DNA of 64,000 nucleotides from Paracoccaceae bacterium (GTDB lineage Bacteria; Pseudomonadota; Alphaproteobacteria; Rhodobacterales; Rhodobacteraceae). Made by a program: the position numbers and the translations under genes. This document shows positions 40,817 to 50,726 of this stretch, one piece after another; the stretch's first letter is position 1, and the number at the start of each line of letters is the position of its first letter. The notes under the pieces are model-generated. The model had not been told where the DNA came from and did no database searches. It saw nothing but the letters and a program-made list of their open reading frames with translations. Location of the stretch: assembly GCA_965203605.1 (NCBI GenBank), contig OZ241902.1:2345425-2409424 (forward strand), in the 5' to 3' direction.

Positions 40817-42607
40817 TCACTGACTCCCGGCAAAAACATAGGTTCCCGGAGCCGGTGCCATCATGGGGTTCTCCGAGCCACCGAGCTGGCGGGCAGGAAT
40901 TCGCTCGCCGGAGTGCATCGCAAGCCATTCGCCCCACCGCGGCCACCAGCTACCTTCATGGGCCTCCGCCCCCTCACGCCACGCTTCGGGCTTCAGATCC
41001 ATGTCATCATTGGTGAAATGTCCGTATTTTCTCTTTCCAGGTGGATTGATGATGCCGGCGATGTGCCCGGATTCGGACAGAATGAAACGCTTCGACTCAG
41101 ATCCCATTCTCGAAAACCCTGTGAAGCTGGACGTCCAGGCTGCGATGTGGTCGGTTTCGCAGGCAATGGCGCATAGGGGCACCTGAACGTCTTTCACGGA
41201 AAGCCTTTCGCCGAGTATTTCCAGTCCGCCATCGGAGAACCGGTTCTCCTGGCAAAGCCAGCGAAGGTATTCGACGGCCATTCTTCCCGGAAGATTGGTG
41301 CCGTCGCCATTCCAGTACAGCAGGTCAAATGCCGGAGGCGGTTCTCCCAACATGTAACTGCGGACCGCTGGACCATAGACCAGGTCGTTGGCCCTGAGGA
41401 ACGAGAAGGTCCTCGCCATGAGAAAGCTCTCAAGCATACCATTCCGCTCACATTCGGCCTCGATGGCCCCAACGAAATCATCCGTCAGGAACGGCGTGAA
41501 CTCACCCTGGTCCGAGAAGTCGGTAAGGGTGGTGAAAAACGTTGCCGACCTGACCGAACTGTCCTTTTTCGCTTTCAGGTAAGACAGCGTCAGCGCAAGA
41601 GCCGTCCCGCCAATGCAATAGCCGACCGCGTTGACCTGACTTTCGCCGGCTATCCTCCGCACCTGCTCGATGGCCGTCAGATAGCCCTCCTGCATATAGG
41701 TATCGATGCCGACATCGGCATAGGACGCGTCCGGGTTTTTCCAGCTGACCACGAACAGCGTGAAACCCTGCTCGACGATCCAGCGAATCAGTGAATTGGC
41801 GGGCCGGAGGTCCATGATATAGAACTTGTTGATCCACGGTGGGAATACGACCAGCGGCACCTCGTGGGCGGTCTCGGTCACCGGTCTGTACTGGATCAGT
41901 TCAAACATCCGGTTCCGGAAAACCACCGCACCTTCGGTCGTTGCGATGTTGCCGCCAACGGTGAATGCATCCCTGTCCGCCAGTGTGACCATCAGACCAT
42001 CCTTGCTGGACTCGATGTCCCGTACAAGATTCTCGAGACCGTCGACCAACGACTGCCCGTCAGTCTCCACCGCTCTCGACAGGGCTTCAGGATTGGTCGC
42101 CAGAAAGTTCGTCGGCGCCAACATGTCGATGATCTGACCTGCGAAGTACTCCACACGGCGCCGTTCAGTATCATCGAGTCCATCCAAGCCCTCCAGCGAC
42201 GCCCTGATCGCGTCGGCGTTCAGGAGATACTGCCGACGCACAAAGGAAAAATAGGGATGGGTCGTCCACATGTCGCTGGAAAAGCGTCGGTCCTTCGGTG
42301 TACCTTCGCCGTCCTCGGCCGACCTGCCGGTCATAAGTGCGTTCTGAGCCTGCACATAGTGCTCCAGCGTCCTGCTCCAGTAGCCAACCTGGCTTTCAAG
42401 AATTCTTGTGGGGTCGCTCATCATCTGGGCCCACCAGGCACCGGCGGCTTTCAGAAAGAGGTCCATACCCGGCCCCTGGAGGTCGGGGCTTACCTGCCGC
42501 CTGTTTGCGAGCGCGGACACCATACGCTGCGAAAGCTCCTCGATTCTGGCAAGGTTTGCCTGCAGTTTGCCAATATTCCGCCCTACGGCACCATCATCTG
42601 TTGTCAT
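40817..42607 (-). CDS. phaC: Class I poly(3-hydroxyalkanoate) synthase.
   Basis: 596 aa with the lipase-box GYCIGGT and a conserved alpha/beta-hydrolase C-domain. Confidence 0.95.
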   Translation of the reverse strand: MTTDDGAVGRNIGKLQANLARIEELSQRMVSALANRRQVSPDLQGPGMDLFLKAAGAWWAQMMSDPTRILESQVGYWSRTLEHYVQAQNALMTGRSAEDGEGTPKDRRFSSDMWTTHPYFSFVRRQYLLNADAIRASLEGLDGLDDTERRRVEYFAGQIIDMLAPTNFLATNPEALSRAVETDGQSLVDGLENLVRDIESSKDGLMVTLADRDAFTVGGNIATTEGAVVFRNRMFELIQYRPVTETAHEVPLVVFPPWINKFYIMDLRPANSLIRWIVEQGFTLFVVSWKNPDASYADVGIDTYMQEGYLTAIEQVRRIAGESQVNAVGYCIGGTALALTLSYLKAKKDSSVRSATFFTTLTDFSDQGEFTPFLTDDFVGAIEAECERNGMLESFLMARTFSFLRANDLVYGPAVRSYMLGEPPPAFDLLYWNGDGTNLPGRMAVEYLRWLCQENRFSDGGLEILGERLSVKDVQVPLCAIACETDHIAAWTSSFTGFSRMGSESKRFILSESGHIAGIINPPGKRKYGHFTNDDMDLKPEAWREGAEAHEGSWWPRWGEWLAMHSGERIPARQLGGSENPMMAPAPGTYVFAGSQ

Positions 42608-42707
42608 CGCCAGGAATCCGTCTATTTTGCACTTGCAGCATAAAACGTGTAGCCAATTCGGTAAACGCGGCTTTTTGACATGCGTCGAACAACAAGGAGC
42701 AGTGCGT

Positions 42708-44018
42708 ATGCACTACATGGCAAACTACGACCTAATGGAGACGGTCCGCAACACCAACCAATGGCTTGGCGCCACAGCGCTTGCGATCGGATCATACCCA
42801 GTGACCGGTCTGTTGCCCCTTCCGTTCTTTCCGTTGCTCTCGGCTTGGGGTGAGGTGACGGAGCGCGCATTCGCCCGCATTGTCGCCAAGCCTGACTGGG
42901 GCATTCGGACATTCACCTGCGAGGATGGGCGCGACCGCTTGGTTGATATCGTGACCGTGGTCGAAAGACCGTTCGGAGACCTCATCCACTTTCGTGTCCA
43001 GGGGCGCCCACCCCAGCCTCGCCGGGTGCTTCTGGTCGCGCCAATGTCGGGTCACCACTCAACGCTGCTGCGATCGACTGTGAAGAGCCTGATCACGAAC
43101 TGTGAAGTCTATGTGACGGATTGGCACAACGCCCGCGACATTCCGGTTTCGATGGGGAAGTTCGATATTGAGGACCATACCCGTTATCTCGCTGACTTCA
43201 TGCGGGACCTAGGCCCGGACATCCATGTCATCGCCATCTGCCAACCGGCTCCTTTGGCGTTGGCAGCCACGGCGCTTCTTGCCGAACAGGATCCGAAAGC
43301 ACAGCCACGTACATTGACACTGATTGGCGGACCGGTCGATCCAGACGCCGCGCCAACGGAAGTCACCGACTTCGGACGCCGCCTGACGATGGGTCAACTT
43401 GAGGGCCTTGCCATCCAAAGGGTTGGATTCAAATACGCTGGAGCGGGTCGTTTGGTCTATCCGGGTATGCTGCAATTGGCGGGCTTCATTTCGATGAACC
43501 CGGAAAGCCATTCCAAGGCCTTCACCGAACAGATAATCCGCGTCGCCAAGGGTGAGGCTGGTGACCATGATCGGCATAATCGGTTCTACGACGAGTATCT
43601 CGCCGTGATGGACATGACGGCGGAATTCTACCTTTCAACCGTCAAACGAATTTTCAAGTCGCGCGAAATCGCCCGCAACAGATTCTTCGTCGGCGATAGC
43701 CATGTCGACATCGGGAAGATAACGGACGTCGCTGTAAAGGTGGTTGAAGGCGAGGAGGATGACATCAGTGCTCCCGGTCAATGTCTCGCGGCGCTTGATC
43801 TGCTGACAGGCCTCCCTTCGGAAATGAAGGCCAGTCACCTTGAACCCGGTGCGGGTCATTACGGGATATTTGCAGGCCGGTCCTGGCGCGAAAACATCCG
43901 CCCGCTCGTGCTAGACTTCATTGAGAGCAATTCCGGTCGGGCGCGGAGACCGCCCTCAGGTCCGAAGACCTCTCCAGACCAGACACTCATGAAACCGACG
44001 GCGGGCGCAGCTCAGTGA
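42708..44018 (+). CDS. phaZ: Intracellular poly(3-hydroxybutyrate) depolymerase.
   Basis: 436 aa from MHYMANYDLMETVRNTNQW... (PHB_depo_C family signature region). It is divergent from phaC with a 100-bp intergenic region. Confidence 0.9.
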   Translation: MHYMANYDLMETVRNTNQWLGATALAIGSYPVTGLLPLPFFPLLSAWGEVTERAFARIVAKPDWGIRTFTCEDGRDRLVDIVTVVERPFGDLIHFRVQGRPPQPRRVLLVAPMSGHHSTLLRSTVKSLITNCEVYVTDWHNARDIPVSMGKFDIEDHTRYLADFMRDLGPDIHVIAICQPAPLALAATALLAEQDPKAQPRTLTLIGGPVDPDAAPTEVTDFGRRLTMGQLEGLAIQRVGFKYAGAGRLVYPGMLQLAGFISMNPESHSKAFTEQIIRVAKGEAGDHDRHNRFYDEYLAVMDMTAEFYLSTVKRIFKSREIARNRFFVGDSHVDIGKITDVAVKVVEGEEDDISAPGQCLAALDLLTGLPSEMKASHLEPGAGHYGIFAGRSWRENIRPLVLDFIESNSGRARRPPSGPKTSPDQTLMKPTAGAAQ

Positions 44019-44817
44019 GCGTCGCGTCGACGCGACAGCTCCCAAATCCACCAGGCACCCCCCACAGTTCCAGTCACCCCAATGTGGACGGATAGAGGTC
44101 GCTTTCCTGTCCCTCCGGCCGCCTAGCCCAGGCGAAGGAAGCCTGGATCTGGCCGAATCCCGGCAAAGCGGCATCGCCCCTTGGGCACAAACCAGTTCCT
44201 GCGAGGCAACCGTCGGCACAAGTTGATTCCTTGATCTGAAGGTCACGGTTCCATCCGCTCCGGCGGATTCTCTTGATGCCCCACTCCCATTCCGAACGGC
44301 AACGCCGTCCCCGGAACGGCTATTGTCCCTTGCCGAGGCAGCCTGTCCGCGCCGCGCCCGCCCTCGCCAGGGCGGGTCGCGTCCGTCCGGCAACGGCTTT
44401 CGGATAGACTTACTGCGCCGCGCACGATCTTTTCGATCCTCAAACCCATGACATGGGGTGACCCGATAGGGCAGGAGAACTCTCTTTGTCTGACGCACAT
44501 TCTTTGTTTGCAATCGGCGTCCGTATTGGTCAAGAAGGTCAAGGAAGATAGACGAAGGGTTTCCACCTCGCGCGAGCGCGACGGTCGTACTTCTGTGCAA
44601 CGCCAGAGCGCTGAAGGAGCCTCTCGAAGCGGCCACCGGAGAGCGCCTCAGCGACTGTGGAGAAAAGGGCATCGCAGGTGATGTCGTTTAGGTCAAACGC
44701 AACAGGATCGTGGATGCGGTGCGCTGGCGCATGGACGCCGGAGTGGCCGCAGGCGGGACTCCCGTTCGCCCCGCCGGCCGTCGGCGGCATGGCCCGGCGC
44801 CGCGCAGGGAGGCATAG

Positions 44818-45504
44818 ATGACCCGGCAGCGACTTCCGATCGGGATCCAGGACTTCCGGACCATCCGGAGCGGGGGCTTCCACTATGTCGACAAGACCCC
44901 GCTGGTCCGGCGGCTGGTGGACGAGGGGCGCCACTACTTCCTGTCCCGCCCGCGCCGCTTCGGCAAGAGCCTGCTGCTCGACACGCCGGGATCGCTGTTC
45001 GCCTGCGACGAGGCCCTGTTCCGGGGGCTGGACATCCACCCGCACTGGGACTGGTCCGCGCCGCACCCGGTGGTGCGGCTGAGCTTCGGCGGGAAGTACA
45101 GCGAGCCGGGGGAGATCGCAGGGGACATCATCGAGCAGCTGGAGGGCATCGAGAGCGAGCACGATCCTGCGCCTGCCCGGACATCCGATACCGGCCCGAG
45201 GCGTCTCCGCAACCTTCTCCGTCGTCTTCACGGCGCCACCGGCCGGCCGGTGGCGGTGCTGGTGGACGAGTACGACAAGCCGATCCTGGACGTGCTGCAT
45301 GACCCGGACCTGGCGAGGGCCAACCGGGACCACCTGCGGGGCTTCTACGGCATCGTCAAGGACAGCGCCCGGCATGTCCGCTTCACCTTCGTCACCGGGG
45401 TGAGCATGTTCTCGAAGGCCAGCCTGTTCCCGGGCCTCAACAATCTGGAGGACATCAGCCTCGACCCGCGCTTCGCCGCGGTCTGCGGCTACCGGGAGGA
45501 GGAC
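44818..45504 (+). pseudogene. N-terminal fragment of a PF09820 AAA-ATPase-like / PDDEXK_9 protein, truncated by IS insertion.
   Basis: MTRQRLPIGIQDFRTIRSGGFHYVDKTPLVRRLVDEGRHYFLSRPRRFGKSLLLDT matches the PF09820 N-terminal consensus. The reading frame ends in a TGA supplied by the IS end (45511-45513). Confidence 0.75.
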
Positions 45505-45524
45505 CTCTCTTGAGTAAAACATCC

Positions 45525-46916
45525 CTAACCCACTGATTCCAGGGTATTTCCGGATTCCGGGCTTTCGGGGATCCTGACGAGCTGGTAGCCGAGCTGTCTG
45601 GCCCGTCGGCCGAGGTTCGTGACGGTTCGGTTGACGCGGCGGCGCTCGTAGGCATCCATCCCGCGCTCCACGTATTCCTCCCCGTTCGTGACGAGTGTGT
45701 ACACGAGGCAGGCAAGTTCGCGGGCGGTCGCGGTGACCGCCACCGGCGCGTCCTTCCGGGCGAGGCGGGCGCGGTGCCGGGCGCCGATGAACGTCTGGCT
45801 CCTGCGGGCGGACATGGCGGCCATGCGCAGGGCCTGCGCGACCCTGTTGACGACCTTGGGCGGGCGCCCCGGCAGGGACTTTCCGCCGCTGATCCGGGTT
45901 CCCGGCGCCAGCCCCAGCCAGGAGCTGAAGTGCTGCGCCGAGGGGAAGGCCGACATGTCCGGGCCGACCTCCGCCGCGATGGTGAGGGCCGTGCCCACCC
46001 CGATGGTGGGGATGGCGGTGAGGTCGACGCCCATCATCCCGCGCAGCGCCTGCGCCATCGCCCTGTCCCCCGCTTTCCGTCCGCCAGCGGCGCCCCGACG
46101 GGCCTTCGGTGCGGCGCGAACGGGGTCCGGGGCGTCCCCGGCCGCATCCGCCGGACCGCCATCCGACCCTCCGTCACCCCCCTGCGGCGTCAGGCCGTCG
46201 ATCGCCTCCGCGATCCGCGCCCCGCAGGTCCCGATCTGCTGCGTGAGGAAATCGAAGCGCTCCAGCGCCTGCTCCAGCGCGAACAGGTGCTCGTCGCGCC
46301 AGGTGCCCTGAAGCGCGTCGGCGATCCTCTCCCCGCCCGCCCTTATCCGCCGGTTGCGGAGCGCCGCCAGCCGCGCCGGGCTGCGCTCGCCGTCGACGAT
46401 CGCCCGCAGGATCCTCAGGCCGGTGGCGCCGGTGATGTCGCTGATCACCGAGTCGAGGCGCACGTTCATCTCCGTCAGCGCCTTCTGCATGTGCAGGACA
46501 CAGCGCGAGCGGTCCTCGGTCAGCCGCTTCGCCTGACGCACGTACGAACGCAGCGGGCAGACGTCATCGCCGGGACGGAAGGCCCCCCGCAGGAGCCCGT
46601 ACGACAGGAGCTGCCGGATCCACTGGCAGTCCAGGACGTCGCTCTTGCGCCCCGAGATCTGCTTCGTCATCCGTGGCGGCACCAGCATCACCTCGAAGCC
46701 GGCCCGGTCCAGGACCTCGAAGACCGGGATCCAGTACACCGAGGTCGACTCCATCGCCACCTTCCCGACCCCGCAGGACGACAGCCAATCCGCCATCTCC
46801 TCAAGGTCCGGCGTGAAGGCCCCGAACGACCGCACCGGCTCCGCGAACCGGTCCGCATCGACCGCGACATAGTGTGTGTCCTTGCCGATATCGATCCCGG
46901 CGCAGTCCCGGGTCAC
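45525..46916 (-). CDS. IS110-family (DEDD) transposase/recombinase, element A copy 1.
   Basis: ...TRDCAGIDIGKDTHYVAVD...ESTSVYW... RuvC-like DEDD domain plus a C-terminal Transposase_20-type domain. Probable GTG start at 46916. The track's TTG 46973 start lies inside element B's left end. Confidence 0.85.
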   Translation of the reverse strand: MTRDCAGIDIGKDTHYVAVDADRFAEPVRSFGAFTPDLEEMADWLSSCGVGKVAMESTSVYWIPVFEVLDRAGFEVMLVPPRMTKQISGRKSDVLDCQWIRQLLSYGLLRGAFRPGDDVCPLRSYVRQAKRLTEDRSRCVLHMQKALTEMNVRLDSVISDITGATGLRILRAIVDGERSPARLAALRNRRIRAGGERIADALQGTWRDEHLFALEQALERFDFLTQQIGTCGARIAEAIDGLTPQGGDGGSDGGPADAAGDAPDPVRAAPKARRGAAGGRKAGDRAMAQALRGMMGVDLTAIPTIGVGTALTIAAEVGPDMSAFPSAQHFSSWLGLAPGTRISGGKSLPGRPPKVVNRVAQALRMAAMSARRSQTFIGARHRARLARKDAPVAVTATARELACLVYTLVTNGEEYVERGMDAYERRRVNRTVTNLGRRARQLGYQLVRIPESPESGNTLESVG

Positions 46917-47049
46917 GATCTCCAGATGCCATGAGACACGCCGCCGTTTGCCTTCGCGGGTGATTCGGTGCAAGGGAATGACGATGTTTCAACATGTTGT
47001 GGCGGGGGGCCATTTGACGGCAACCCCCGCCCTGTGAAAGGAGAATGAA

Positions 47050-48417
47050 ATGACTGATTCGAAAACCCCCTTCGAGGGCGACGTTACCACGGTCTACGCG
47101 GCGTTGGAAGTGAGCGGCACCAGCTGGATACTGGCGGTGGGCGATCCGTCCGACACGTCGAAAGCCGGCGTGCACAGACTGGCGCCGCATGACGTTGACG
47201 GCCTGCTGGGCAGGCTCGGGCGGGCGCGGGAGCGCGCTGTCGGGGCCGCCGGCGATGTCCGGGTGAAGCTGGTGTACGAGGCTGGCTACGAGGGCTTCTG
47301 GCTGGCCCGCCGGCTGGAGGGGGAGGACCCCGGGGTTGTGGTCTGCGACCCCGCGAGCCTGGAGGTGGTGCGCAGGAAGAAAAAGGTGAAGACGGACCGG
47401 ATCGACGCCCGCCGGATGGTCCGGGCGCTCAGGGCGTGGGACGGCGGCGACCGGGACGCGATGTCGCGGGTGCGGGTCCCGACGGTCGCGGAGGAGGACA
47501 GGAAGCGGCTTCTGCGCCGGCGGGAGCGTCTGGTGCAGGAGCGCCGCCGGCTCGCGAACGCGGTGGGTGGGCTTCTGAGGCTGCACGGCATATGCGGTGC
47601 GCGTCCGGAGAGGCCGGGGTTCCGGGAGCGGCTCGTCGGGATGGAGACCGGCTACGGGACGCCGCTGCCGCCGGAGCTGCTCGCGGAGATTGGGGGCATG
47701 CTGGATCGGCTGGAGCTGGTGGCCGCGGAGCTGAAGGTGGTCGAGGCGAGGAAGGCGGAGATTCTGGAGGCGTCGGGCCGGGCCCTCGACAGCCTTCACG
47801 CGGATGCCGACCGGCCTCCCGCCGCCCCGGCTCCCCGGAAGGAGGCGCCCGATCCGGAAAGAGCCGCCCGGAAGGAGGGGTCGCGCGGAGCGGATCCGGC
47901 CGGTGCGCCCGCTGGCAGGCCGCGGGCGGCCCCGGCGAACACCCACCACGCGGCGGCGCTGGTCCGGCTTCGCGGGATCGGCCCGAACGACGCGCTGATG
48001 CTGGGCGGCGAGCTCTTCTACCGGGAGTTCCGCAACCGCCGGCAGCTGGCCAGCCTCGCGGGGCTGGCGCCGGTGCCCTTCGCGAGCGGGGGCGTCGACC
48101 ACGACCAGGGGATCAGCAAGTCCGGCAGCGCCATGCTGCGCAGGCACCTCGTGCAGATGGCCTGGCGCTGGCTGCAACACCAGCCGGAGAGTGCGCTGTC
48201 CGCGTGGTTCCGGAGCTACGTGAGCGCCCGCGACGGGCGGTCGCGCAGGCGGGGGATCGTGGCGCTGGCGCGTAAGCTGCTGGTCGCGCTGTGGCGGTTC
48301 GCCACCACCGGGCTGGTGCCGGAGGGCGCCGTCCTGTCCGGGGCACGGGGGTGGGAGGGCAACGGAACACCCGGGCGGCCCGACGGGGCCTCCGGGGAAC
48401 CCGGGCAGGGCGTGTGA
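47050..48417 (+). CDS. IS110-family (IS1111-group-like) transposase/recombinase, element B copy 1 (stop-loss variant, 455 aa).
   Basis: MTDSKTPFEGDVTTVYAALEVSGTSWILAVGD...VKLVYEAGYEGFW... The copy-1 tail reads GARGWEGNGTPG... because the TAG seen in copies 2 and 3 is TGG here. Confidence 0.85.
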   Translation: MTDSKTPFEGDVTTVYAALEVSGTSWILAVGDPSDTSKAGVHRLAPHDVDGLLGRLGRARERAVGAAGDVRVKLVYEAGYEGFWLARRLEGEDPGVVVCDPASLEVVRRKKKVKTDRIDARRMVRALRAWDGGDRDAMSRVRVPTVAEEDRKRLLRRRERLVQERRRLANAVGGLLRLHGICGARPERPGFRERLVGMETGYGTPLPPELLAEIGGMLDRLELVAAELKVVEARKAEILEASGRALDSLHADADRPPAAPAPRKEAPDPERAARKEGSRGADPAGAPAGRPRAAPANTHHAAALVRLRGIGPNDALMLGGELFYREFRNRRQLASLAGLAPVPFASGGVDHDQGISKSGSAMLRRHLVQMAWRWLQHQPESALSAWFRSYVSARDGRSRRRGIVALARKLLVALWRFATTGLVPEGAVLSGARGWEGNGTPGRPDGASGEPGQGV

Positions 48418-48552
48418 CCGCAGGAGGGCCTGGTTCGCCGCAGGACGCGGCACCGTCCATTCCAGATGGGTCCCGCCCCCCGGAACGTCGCACCGGCCCG
48501 AATCGGGCATGATGGTCACGGGGCCGGCACCGGCCAACCGAACCGGATAAGA

Positions 48553-49180
48553 GGCTGGACGCGTCGTTGAGCGCGTCATGGAACAGCGACGTTCTGTCTG
48601 GACTTCCCCGTTGGCGCGGAAGCCGCCCCCAGACGGAGGAACCGACGATGTGAGGCCATGAAAGGGATTCATGAAAAAGGGCTTGACCTGGCGGGTCTCA
48701 TAAGAGCCCTCCGGCCCTGCCTCTTCCCTTTCCCTTCCGCTTGCGTGGCATGTCATTCCCTCCTCCGGCCATCTCGCTCCATCAGGTTCGGGGAGGAACC
48801 ACGGCGCATTCCCAATCTCTTGAACGAGGTCACGGGGAGACCCCCGCACCATCAGTGACAGACGCCGGTCACGGTTCGGGCCAGGCTCTTATACGGGTGA
48901 CGTGCACGCCAAAGTACTACGGGCCTCGACTGCCCCGACCACCACCGAGTTGACACCAGCGGCGGCGGAGGGGCAACCCTCCCGTTTTACTTTCGCGACA
49001 GCGCCGCCGCCCCGCGACGGTTTGGGCTCTTATGAGACCCGCCAGGTCAAGCCCTTTTTCATGAATCCCTTTCATGGCCTCACATCGTCGGTTCCTCCGT
49101 CTGGGGGCGGCTTCCGCGCCAACGGGGAAGTCCAGACAGAACGTCGCTGTTCCATGACGCGCTCAACGACGCGTCCAGCC
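48553..49180. repeat. 154-bp perfect inverted repeat (48553-48706 / 49027-49180) flanking a 320-bp non-coding core (48707-49026).
   Basis: gctggacgcgtcgttgagcgcg...gggtctcataagag on the left is the exact reverse complement of ctcttatgagaccc...cgcgctcaacgacgcgtccagc on the right. No credible ORF lies in the core. Confidence 0.9.
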
Positions 49181-49201
49181 TCTCTCTTGAGTAAAACATC
49201 C

Positions 49202-50593
49202 CTAACCCACTGATTCCAGGGTATTTCCGGATTCCGGGCTTTCGGGGATCCTGACGAGCTGGTAGCCGAGCTGTCTGGCCCGTCGGCCGAGGTTCGTGAC
49301 GGTTCGGTTGACGCGGCGGCGCTCGTAGGCATCCATCCCGCGCTCCACGTATTCCTCCCCGTTCGTGACGAGTGTGTACACGAGGCAGGCAAGTTCGCGG
49401 GCGGTCGCGGTGACCGCCACCGGCGCGTCCTTCCGGGCGAGGCGGGCGCGGTGCCGGGCGCCGATGAACGTCTGGCTCCTGCGGGCGGACATGGCGGCCA
49501 TGCGCAGGGCCTGCGCGACCCTGTTGACGACCTTGGGCGGGCGCCCCGGCAGGGACTTTCCGCCGCTGATCCGGGTTCCCGGCGCCAGCCCCAGCCAGGA
49601 GCTGAAGTGCTGCGCCGAGGGGAAGGCCGACATGTCCGGGCCGACCTCCGCCGCGATGGTGAGGGCCGTGCCCACCCCGATGGTGGGGATGGCGGTGAGG
49701 TCGACGCCCATCATCCCGCGCAGCGCCTGCGCCATCGCCCTGTCCCCCGCTTTCCGTCCGCCAGCGGCGCCCCGACGGGCCTTCGGTGCGGCGCGAACGG
49801 GGTCCGGGGCGTCCCCGGCCGCATCCGCCGGACCGCCATCCGACCCTCCGTCACCCCCCTGCGGCGTCAGGCCGTCGATCGCCTCCGCGATCCGCGCCCC
49901 GCAGGTCCCGATCTGCTGCGTGAGGAAATCGAAGCGCTCCAGCGCCTGCTCCAGCGCGAACAGGTGCTCGTCGCGCCAGGTGCCCTGAAGCGCGTCGGCG
50001 ATCCTCTCCCCGCCCGCCCTTATCCGCCGGTTGCGGAGCGCCGCCAGCCGCGCCGGGCTGCGCTCGCCGTCGACGATCGCCCGCAGGATCCTCAGGCCGG
50101 TGGCGCCGGTGATGTCGCTGATCACCGAGTCGAGGCGCACGTTCATCTCCGTCAGCGCCTTCTGCATGTGCAGGACACAGCGCGAGCGGTCCTCGGTCAG
50201 CCGCTTCGCCTGACGCACGTACGAACGCAGCGGGCAGACGTCATCGCCGGGACGGAAGGCCCCCCGCAGGAGCCCGTACGACAGGAGCTGCCGGATCCAC
50301 TGGCAGTCCAGGACGTCGCTCTTGCGCCCCGAGATCTGCTTCGTCATCCGTGGCGGCACCAGCATCACCTCGAAGCCGGCCCGGTCCAGGACCTCGAAGA
50401 CCGGGATCCAGTACACCGAGGTCGACTCCATCGCCACCTTCCCGACCCCGCAGGACGACAGCCAATCCGCCATCTCCTCAAGGTCCGGCGTGAAGGCCCC
50501 GAACGACCGCACCGGCTCCGCGAACCGGTCCGCATCGACCGCGACATAGTGTGTGTCCTTGCCGATATCGATCCCGGCGCAGTCCCGGGTCAC
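49202..50593 (-). CDS. IS110-family transposase, element A copy 2 (identical to copy 1).
   Basis: Identical 482-aa track translation to 45525..46973. Confidence 0.85.
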   Translation of the reverse strand: MTRDCAGIDIGKDTHYVAVDADRFAEPVRSFGAFTPDLEEMADWLSSCGVGKVAMESTSVYWIPVFEVLDRAGFEVMLVPPRMTKQISGRKSDVLDCQWIRQLLSYGLLRGAFRPGDDVCPLRSYVRQAKRLTEDRSRCVLHMQKALTEMNVRLDSVISDITGATGLRILRAIVDGERSPARLAALRNRRIRAGGERIADALQGTWRDEHLFALEQALERFDFLTQQIGTCGARIAEAIDGLTPQGGDGGSDGGPADAAGDAPDPVRAAPKARRGAAGGRKAGDRAMAQALRGMMGVDLTAIPTIGVGTALTIAAEVGPDMSAFPSAQHFSSWLGLAPGTRISGGKSLPGRPPKVVNRVAQALRMAAMSARRSQTFIGARHRARLARKDAPVAVTATARELACLVYTLVTNGEEYVERGMDAYERRRVNRTVTNLGRRARQLGYQLVRIPESPESGNTLESVG

Positions 50594-50726
50594 GATCTCC
50601 AGATGCCATGAGACACGCCGCCGTTTGCCTTCGCGGGTGATTCGGTGCAAGGGAATGACGATGTTTCAACATGTTGTGGCGGGGGGCCATTTGACGGCAA
50701 CCCCCGCCCTGTGAAAGGAGAATGAA

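Noticed and set aside
43956-44672. 238-aa minus-strand ORF downstream of phaZ.
   Set aside because: Arg/Ser/Gly-rich with no motifs, and it overlaps the phaZ stop. Likely non-coding (see the finding on the 44019-44817 gap).
46801-48852. Very long ORFs inside the IS array: 683 aa (-) at 46801..48852 and 50478..52529, 653 aa (+) at 52579..54540, and the 279-aa Gly/Arg/Ala-rich ORFs at 47436..48275, 51113..51952 and 52982..53821.
   Set aside because: They are antisense to, or out of frame with, the IS110-family recombinase genes. Their composition is Pro/Arg/Gly-rich with low complexity, typical of open alternate frames in >68 % GC DNA. They are identical only because the underlying DNA is repeated.
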